NCBI GenBank assembly: GCA_045637985.1
Contig: JAZUAM010000006.1
Location: forward strand, 10,726-74,725
Direction: 5' to 3'
From: Alphaproteobacteria bacterium
GTDB taxonomy: Bacteria > Pseudomonadota > Alphaproteobacteria > RF32 > CAG-239
Length of the DNA: 64,000 nt
The notes beneath the pieces are model-generated. The model saw only the letters and a program-made list of their open reading frames with translations, did not search any database and had not been told where the DNA came from. The translations under genes were made by a program, and so were the position numbers. Below, one piece after another: positions 57,812 to 64,000 of this stretch (the first letter of the stretch is position 1; each line of letters begins with the position of its first letter).

Positions 57812-59131
57812 ATGGAAGATACTTTATTTTCGGCAAAAGTAAAACGCCCTTTGGCAGATAGGTTACGTCCTCAGTTACTGAGTGAAGTAGTAGGGCAGAG
57901 TCATATAATAGGAAAAGATGCGCCTTTAGGGAGGATGATTGAATCCGGAAAAGTCGGTTCATTTATTTTGTGGGGACCACCCGGTTGCGGAAAAACGACA
58001 ATAGCGAGATTAATAGCTGAAAATACCAAACTTTATTTTGAGCAAATTTCGGCGGTTTTTTCCGGTGTTGCAGATTTGAAACGAGTTTTTCAATATGCGC
58101 AAGAAAGAAGAATGAATCAAGGAATTGGTACATTATTATTTGTTGATGAAATTCATCGATTTAATAAATCACAACAAGATGGTTTTTTGCCATATGTTGA
58201 AGATGGTACTATAATATTAGTAGGTGCAACTACAGAAAATCCGTCGTTTGAGTTAAATGCTGCTTTGTTGTCAAGATGTCAGGTTTTTGTTTTGAATAGA
58301 TTGAATGCTGATGATTTTGAAGAGTTGTTGCAACGAGCAGAAAAAGAAGTTGGAAAAAAACTGCCGGTTGATGATGAAGCCAGAGAGTTTATGAAGGCAA
58401 CTGCTGATGGTGACGGGCGATATATTTTGAATTTAGCCGAAAGTGTGTGGAACTATGCTAAAGATAACGAGGTTTTTGATAAAGAAACAATTGTAAAAAT
58501 TATAAGAAGTAGAGCTCCGGTATACGACAAAGGGCGTGATGGGCATTATAATTTGATTTCAGCAGTACATAAATCATTGCGAGGATCAGATGTTGATGCA
58601 GCTCTTTATTGGGTTGCAAGAATGATAAAATCGGGAGAGGATCCGAAATATATTTTGCGCAGATTAACGAGATTTGCGGTAGAAGATGTTTCGTTGGCAG
58701 AACCCGGAGCTGTCGTGCAAGCGATAGCCTGTTGGGATACTTATGAACGACTTGGCTCACCGGAGGGTGATTTAGCGATTATGCAACTTACGGCCTATTT
58801 GGCAACAGCTCCAAAATCAGCGGGGGTATATAAAGCTATGCATGCGGCCTTTGATTTGGCAAAAAAAACAGGATCATTGATGCCTCCCAAAAATATTTTG
58901 AATGCTCCAACAAAATTGATGAAAGAGTTGGGGTATAACGAAGGATATGAATATGATCCTGATTGTGAAGATGGTTTTTCCGGAGCAAATTATTTTCCGG
59001 AAGGAATGCGACGCCCCAAATTGTATTATCCGGTGGATAGAGGATTCGAAAGAGAAATAAAAAAACGTGTTGAATATTTTGATAAATTAAGAAAAGAAAA
59101 ACAGCGAGCAAAAGGGAAGATTGATGAATAA
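57812..59131 (+). CDS. rarA: Replication-associated recombination protein A (RarA/MgsA AAA+ ATPase)
   Basis: PLADRLRPQLLSEVVGQSHI..., GPPGCGKTTIARLIA, LFVDEIHRFNKSQQD, ...HYNLISAVHKSLRGSD. Confidence 0.93.
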   Translation: MEDTLFSAKVKRPLADRLRPQLLSEVVGQSHIIGKDAPLGRMIESGKVGSFILWGPPGCGKTTIARLIAENTKLYFEQISAVFSGVADLKRVFQYAQERRMNQGIGTLLFVDEIHRFNKSQQDGFLPYVEDGTIILVGATTENPSFELNAALLSRCQVFVLNRLNADDFEELLQRAEKEVGKKLPVDDEAREFMKATADGDGRYILNLAESVWNYAKDNEVFDKETIVKIIRSRAPVYDKGRDGHYNLISAVHKSLRGSDVDAALYWVARMIKSGEDPKYILRRLTRFAVEDVSLAEPGAVVQAIACWDTYERLGSPEGDLAIMQLTAYLATAPKSAGVYKAMHAAFDLAKKTGSLMPPKNILNAPTKLMKELGYNEGYEYDPDCEDGFSGANYFPEGMRRPKLYYPVDRGFEREIKKRVEYFDKLRKEKQRAKGKIDE

Positions 59132-60050
59132 TGTTTTGTTTGTAAAAGTTAAGGCACAAGATGATGGAATGCGCCTTAATCGTTGGTTTTTGAAATATTA
59201 TCCGAGTTTGCCGTTGTCAAGATTGCAAAAATTGTTGCGTACTAAACAAATAAAAGTAGATGGTAAAAGGGCCGATACATCGTTGAGATTGGGTGAAGGG
59301 CAAGAAATAAGAATTCCACCTATGGAATGTCAGATTGAAAAAAAGGAAAAAAATGGTGTTCCGGATAAGGATGAAAAATTTATCAGGTCGTTGGTTATAT
59401 ACAAAGATAAAAATATTATTGTATTAAATAAACCATCAGGATTAGCGGTTCAGGGTGGAACAAACATAACAAGACATATTGACGGAATGTTGGATGCGTT
59501 AAAATATGATATGGCAGAGGCTCCAAAGTTAGTGCATAGAATTGATAAAGATACGTCAGGTATTTTGGTCTTGGCAAGAGATCGCAAGAATGCAGAACTT
59601 TTGACGAAAGCCTTTAAGGAACATAATTTGCAAAAAACATATCTACTTTTGGTAAGAGGATGTCCAAAACAATTAAGCGGACAAATTAAAGCTCCGTTAG
59701 AAAGGATTGGAGAAAAGTCTGTTGTGGTTGCTACAGGTAAAAAGGCAATAACTGATTATGAAGTGGTTGATAATTTGGTAAATAAATTTGCTTTAGTTAA
59801 GGCATGGCCACTGACCGGAAGAACACATCAAATCAGAGCTCATATGGAATATATTGAGACACCTATAGTCGGTGATAACCGATATTTCGGAATAAAAAGA
59901 GAAAAATATTCGGATTTAAAAGATAAGTTGTATTTGCATGCTTATAAAATTGATTTGTCGAGTATATATAAAAATGTAAATATTAAAGCAGAATTGCCGG
60001 AACATTTCAGAGAGGCATTAAATACGTTAGGTTTGCAATATAAGGAGTAG
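59124..60050 (+). CDS. RluA-family 23S rRNA pseudouridine synthase (RluC-like, with an S4 domain)
   Basis: S4-like N-terminus (RLNRWFLKYY...LLRTKQIKVDGKR) and catalytic HRIDKDTSG. Overlaps the rarA stop. Confidence 0.85.
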   Translation: MNNVLFVKVKAQDDGMRLNRWFLKYYPSLPLSRLQKLLRTKQIKVDGKRADTSLRLGEGQEIRIPPMECQIEKKEKNGVPDKDEKFIRSLVIYKDKNIIVLNKPSGLAVQGGTNITRHIDGMLDALKYDMAEAPKLVHRIDKDTSGILVLARDRKNAELLTKAFKEHNLQKTYLLLVRGCPKQLSGQIKAPLERIGEKSVVVATGKKAITDYEVVDNLVNKFALVKAWPLTGRTHQIRAHMEYIETPIVGDNRYFGIKREKYSDLKDKLYLHAYKIDLSSIYKNVNIKAELPEHFREALNTLGLQYKE

Positions 60051-60055
60051 CATAT

Positions 60056-62149
60056 ATGGGGTTTATAAAAAAAACAGCTTCTATTGTATCGGGGTTAATA
60101 ATTATTTTGGCAATAGGAGGATTTGTATTTGTTCGTAATTTTGATTTAAATAAATATAAACCATATGTAGAAGAAGCAGTAAAAAAGGCAACTGGTCGGG
60201 ATTTGCAAATAAATGGTGATGCTCAGATAGGAATTTCATTGATTCCGACAGTAGTTATTAATGATGTTGTATTTGCAAATTCAGAATGGGCGAAAGAGCC
60301 TTATATGATAAAATTGCAAAAATTAGATGTTAAATTTTCAATTATGCCGTTATTGAAAAAACAAATTGAGGTTAGTAAGTTAATTTTACAAAATCCTGAA
60401 ATTTTTTTGGAAGTATCAGCTGACGGAAAGAAAAATTGGGAATTTGGCAACAATAATAGTGTCAAAAACGAGATTGCAAATAAAGGCGTAAATCCGGAAA
60501 TAAAAGATGCAAGTGCGATTTTGGGGATTGGATTGATTGCAGAAAATGTGGAATTGAAAGATGGTGTTTTGAGTTATTATGATGCAACTTCAGACAAAAC
60601 AACACAACTTTTTATCAATAAAATTAAAATGGATATTCCCGGAGGTAATGAGAGTATAAATTTGGATATTGATGCAACATTTGAAGACAAAGATGTTGAA
60701 GCAGAGTTTGATATTACCAGTTTGGATAGTATTTTGAATGATGGACGAGTTGATTTTGTTGCATTATTGAATGTTTTGAATGTTAGCACCAATATTAAGG
60801 GTTCCATTGAAGGAATTTTTGAAGAACCTCGTTATGCCATTGAAGTAAATCTTTATAATCCGGCCGGTAATTTTAATGCGCCGGAAACAACACTTATTAC
60901 AAGAATTGACGGCGATATAAATTCTGCCGATTTTGTTGTGACCAATTTAAATGTTGCAACAAACGAAGTTACCGGAAAGATATCTGCGGATTGGTCAAAG
61001 CCAAAGATTAATGTTGTTGCAAACTTGATATCAAGTTATTTTGATGTAAATACTTTGAGGAAATCTTCGGCGGTTTCATTTAATGTTCCTTCTTTGATTA
61101 AAGAGGCTGAAGCATTGACGTTTGTTCCAAAAGATGTTGTTCCTTATGACTATCTTAATTTTGCGAATGCATCAATAAATTTGAATATCGGAAAATTGGT
61201 TTTAGCTGATGATTTCGATTTGACCGATGTTGTTGTTGGTGCTGATTTGCAAAATGGTATTTTAAATATTAAAAAAATTAATGCCAGAATGGGGGGGGGT
61301 AAAGTTGATGCAGGAATTGTTGTTAATTCACATCAAAAAACAATAGGGATAGACTTACAAAGTAATAATTTAAAAGTACAAGATTTGTATCCTGATTTAA
61401 GTTCATCACAAGAAGGCAATATGCAGATTTTAAGCGGTGGAAATTTGGATGTTGATTTATCAATAAAAACAAATGGAACAACTTATAGAAAATTGTCTGA
61501 AAATATAAACGGGCAAATTGTTGCCGTAATGGATAAGTCAGAACTCAAAACAGGAAAAATGGATTGGTTGACAAAAGGGGTATTCGGGCAGTTGTTATCT
61601 GTTTTGGGGATTAATGCAAATAAAACATCTGAGTTGGATCTTAAGTGTGCCGTTATAAGATCTGATATTAAAAATGGTAAGGCAGAGTTTCCGAAGGGAA
61701 TAGTTTTTAATGCAGAGGAATTAAAATTTGTCGGAAGCGGAAATGTAAATTTGGTTGATGATAAAATAGATTTTACAATTGCGCCGATGATTAATAAATT
61801 AGCTGATGGTAATATAACACAGGCTTTAGCATCTTTTGTTAGGGTTGGTGGAGATATTCAGAATCCTAAATTGTATTTAGATAAGACTTCTGCATTGACA
61901 ACAATTGTCGGTTCTGTAGCAACCGGTGGCGTTTATTTAGGTTCTGAGATGTTATTAAATTCAGATGATGATCCTTGTTATTCATCTTTGCAAGGAACAA
62001 AATATTCTTCAAAATTTACAGCAAGTAAGAATGCAGGGACAGCAGTAAAGAATGTGTATCAGGATGTATCTAAGCAAACTAAAGATGTGGTTAACGGATT
62101 GGGAAAAGCTGCAAAAGGAATGTTGGATGCTTTTGTTTCAGGAATGTGA
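60056..62149 (+). CDS. AsmA family outer-membrane assembly protein
   Basis: 697 aa. N-terminal anchor, then ...DLNKYKPYVEEAVKKATGRDLQINGDAQIGISLIPTVVINDVVFAN... typical of the AsmA N-domain, and an AsmA-like C-terminal region. Confidence 0.8.
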   Translation: MGFIKKTASIVSGLIIILAIGGFVFVRNFDLNKYKPYVEEAVKKATGRDLQINGDAQIGISLIPTVVINDVVFANSEWAKEPYMIKLQKLDVKFSIMPLLKKQIEVSKLILQNPEIFLEVSADGKKNWEFGNNNSVKNEIANKGVNPEIKDASAILGIGLIAENVELKDGVLSYYDATSDKTTQLFINKIKMDIPGGNESINLDIDATFEDKDVEAEFDITSLDSILNDGRVDFVALLNVLNVSTNIKGSIEGIFEEPRYAIEVNLYNPAGNFNAPETTLITRIDGDINSADFVVTNLNVATNEVTGKISADWSKPKINVVANLISSYFDVNTLRKSSAVSFNVPSLIKEAEALTFVPKDVVPYDYLNFANASINLNIGKLVLADDFDLTDVVVGADLQNGILNIKKINARMGGGKVDAGIVVNSHQKTIGIDLQSNNLKVQDLYPDLSSSQEGNMQILSGGNLDVDLSIKTNGTTYRKLSENINGQIVAVMDKSELKTGKMDWLTKGVFGQLLSVLGINANKTSELDLKCAVIRSDIKNGKAEFPKGIVFNAEELKFVGSGNVNLVDDKIDFTIAPMINKLADGNITQALASFVRVGGDIQNPKLYLDKTSALTTIVGSVATGGVYLGSEMLLNSDDDPCYSSLQGTKYSSKFTASKNAGTAVKNVYQDVSKQTKDVVNGLGKAAKGMLDAFVSGM

Positions 62150-62162
62150 GAAAGGGAAAAAA

Positions 62163-62657
62163 ATGTATCGTGTTCTAGATAAAGCTGTTAGTGAAATTTC
62201 ACTATATAGAAAGGATATTGAAAAAAAATTACTGGAATTTGCTCGAACTGATTTGTTATTTTTTTGGGGAGATAAGAGAGAGTTATACATAAAACAACAA
62301 AACGAGTGGCAGCCGATTTTGGATTGGATCAAAGATTTATTGGATGTTGAAGTTAATGTGACAGATAAGATTGATGTTCCGGATAATGAAAAAATGCAGG
62401 CTCCTTTGGAAAAAATTTTTGCTAAAATGAATGATAAAGAATTAGCTTGTTATTATGCTGCATCCTTAAATATGAAATCAGTTTTATTGGCCTTGGCTCT
62501 GATTAAAGGTCGAATTGATGCAAGTGAGGCCGGAAGATTATCATATCTGGAAGAACTTTGGCAAAATGAAATGTGGGGAATTGACGATGATGCCGAAAAA
62601 AGAAGACAAGAAAGATGCCAAGAACTAAAGGAAATTGAAAGCTATTTAAAAAAATGA
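62163..62657 (+). CDS. ATP12-family (F1 ATP synthase assembly chaperone)-like protein, short form
   Basis: ...TDLLFFWGD...WQPILDW...SVLLALALIKGRIDASEA...YLEELWQNEMWGIDDDAEKRR matches the C-terminal ATP12 domain. ATG at 62163; the upstream part of the ORF overlaps asmA. Confidence 0.6.
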   Translation: MYRVLDKAVSEISLYRKDIEKKLLEFARTDLLFFWGDKRELYIKQQNEWQPILDWIKDLLDVEVNVTDKIDVPDNEKMQAPLEKIFAKMNDKELACYYAASLNMKSVLLALALIKGRIDASEAGRLSYLEELWQNEMWGIDDDAEKRRQERCQELKEIESYLKK

Positions 62658-62941
62658 AGGATGTTATTATAAGAGTAAAAGGACGAGTTCAAGGAGTGGG
62701 ATATCGTCGTTGGGCTGTAAATAAAGCAAAGGAAATAGGAGGAATTTCCGGTTGGGTTCATAATGATTATGACGGTTCTGTTTTGTTAAGATTATCGGGA
62801 AATGAACAAAATGTCGATAAAATGATGTTGGCTTGTCAAAAGGGACCATTATGGGGGCGAGTTGATAGTGTTGACTTTGTTGTCGGAAGGGTTAGCTCTT
62901 TTTTACCTGAAGTTGAATCAGGAGTTTTTAAAAGAGTTTAA
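62654..62941 (+). CDS. acyP: Acylphosphatase
   Basis: 95 aa. VKGRVQGVGYRRW and GWVHNDYDGSV signatures. Confidence 0.88.
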   Translation: MKDVIIRVKGRVQGVGYRRWAVNKAKEIGGISGWVHNDYDGSVLLRLSGNEQNVDKMMLACQKGPLWGRVDSVDFVVGRVSSFLPEVESGVFKRV

Positions 62942-63570
62942 ACTCTTTTGTCGTTGCTTGAGCAAAATTTTGTTATCGGGCAATTGAGACAATCTGGTTT
63001 TTGGGCTTTGCATATATATCTGCCAAATAAGACAAGCCAATGATTTAGATATAGACGATATTTATTTGGCAGTTTGTTGAGGTCGTTTTCGACAGATACA
63101 GGTGTTTCGCCATCACTTAGGTTTAATCTTTTGGCTAATCGTAAAACATGAGTGTCGACGGCGACGGTTGGTTCGTTCCACCAGACATTGAGAAGGACAT
63201 TAGCTGTTTTTCGTCCGACACCGGGTAGTTTTTCAATAATTTCTCTATCGTGGGGAATTTCGCCGGAGTATTTTTCTGCCAGTATTTGAGATAGGGCTAT
63301 GATATTTTTAGCCTTGTTGTTGTATAAACCGATAGTTTTTATGTGTTCTTTTAATTTATCGATACCAAGATTTAGCATTTTTTGAGGAGTGTCAGCGATT
63401 TTGAACAAATTTTCGGTTGCTTTGTTAACTCCTTTATCGGTACTTTGGGCAGAAAGAACTATTGCAACCAGTAATGTATATGCATTGTGGAAGTTAAGTT
63501 CACTTTGCGGATTAGGATTTTGTTTTTGCAAAACGTCTAATATTTGGCATATTTCGGATAAAGGTCTCAT
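62938..63570 (-). CDS. nth: Endonuclease III
   Basis: HhH-GPD (LPGVGRKTANVLLN), catalytic VDTHV, and the C-terminal 4Fe-4S cluster loop CX6CX2CX5C (CKAQKPDCLNCPITKFC). Confidence 0.93.
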   Translation of the reverse strand: MRPLSEICQILDVLQKQNPNPQSELNFHNAYTLLVAIVLSAQSTDKGVNKATENLFKIADTPQKMLNLGIDKLKEHIKTIGLYNNKAKNIIALSQILAEKYSGEIPHDREIIEKLPGVGRKTANVLLNVWWNEPTVAVDTHVLRLAKRLNLSDGETPVSVENDLNKLPNKYRLYLNHWLVLFGRYICKAQKPDCLNCPITKFCSSNDKRV

Positions 63571-64000
63571 GCTTTGACACCTCCGGCTCCGATTGCTGTG
63601 GGAGCATTTTCATCAAGAGGCCAACGCGGACGAGGTTTGAAATCCAATGTGTTGAACAAATTTTTTGAAGCTCGTTCGACACCTGCCCATGCAATCATAA
63701 CACCATTATCGGTACAAAATTTGATAGGTGGTGCAGCAAATATAAGATTTTCTGTTTTTGCCAGATTTTCCATTTTTGTACGTAAGTAAGTGTTGGCTGC
63801 TACGCCTCCGGCTACGACGATATGTTTTCCTTCGGGGTATTTATTTTTGAAAAGCAATGATGCTTTTTTTAATTTGTGAAGCAAGCAATCGGTTGCGGCT
63901 TTTTGAAAACAAGCGCAAATATCGGCAATATCTTGTTTTCGAAGAATTGCATGTTCGATATTGCCGTCTTCTGAATAAGATTCTATGATTTTTCGAACGG
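63567..64000 (-). CDS. tsaD: tRNA N6-adenosine threonylcarbamoyltransferase TsaD (3' part; the gene continues beyond the right edge)
   Basis: ...HIVVAGGVAANTYLR...FCTDNGVMIAWAG... C-terminal TsaD/Kae1 pattern. The frame stays open from 63885 to 64000 (..DIADICACFQKAATDCL..), so the real start is outside the window. Confidence 0.88.
   Translation of the reverse strand, partial: VRKIIESYSEDGNIEHAILRKQDIADICACFQKAATDCLLHKLKKASLLFKNKYPEGKHIVVAGGVAANTYLRTKMENLAKTENLIFAAPPIKFCTDNGVMIAWAGVERASKNLFNTLDFKPRPRWPLDENAPTAIGAGGVKA

Noticed and set aside
62052-62162. Long N-terminal extension of the ATP12-like ORF
   Set aside because: It overlaps the 3' end of asmA in another frame and has no ATP12-like sequence. 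An internal ATG at 62163 is preceded by a purine-rich RBS (GAGAAAGGGAAAAAA).

Overview
The window looks like a core chromosomal segment of a low-GC alphaproteobacterium. This lineage call is inferred from several markers: a split F0 operon (atpI-atpB-atpE-b'-b), a CcrM-type methyltransferase, an ATP12-like chaperone, a DUF721-DsbA pair, and the order yebC-ruvC...ruvAB-ybgC-tolQRA. About 60 protein genes and one tRNA-Trp are supported. Most are housekeeping: ATP synthase F0, ettA, ppdK, gltX, cysS, ruvABC, tolQRA, secE-nusG, rnhB, ccrM, rlmE, truA, rarA, nth and tsaD. I saw no rRNA, CRISPR array, transposase, integrase or prophage genes. HydG, a long Fe-S-type U32 protein and PPDK hint at an anaerobic or microaerophilic lifestyle. 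The best candidate for something undescribed is at 54288-57742: a pentapeptide-repeat protein whose gene ends 5 nt before a divergent, orphan VirD4/TraG-like membrane ATPase. A SPOR-domain lipoprotein lies upstream, and there is no other T4SS or mobile-element context. Other points worth a second look:
- a 1.8 kb accessory insertion (HD hydrolase plus orphan ORF) splitting ruvC from ruvAB;
- a promoter-to-terminator cassette of two tandem ankyrin-like paralogs separated by a frame break at a G7 tract;
- a GC-rich cluster of hairpin repeats with compensatory substitutions upstream of tolQ;
- a tol cluster with an LD-carboxypeptidase where tolB-pal would be expected;
- an 18/19 direct repeat next to a small ORF with a strong SD.
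All functional calls rest on motif and family recognition by eye. No database search was run.
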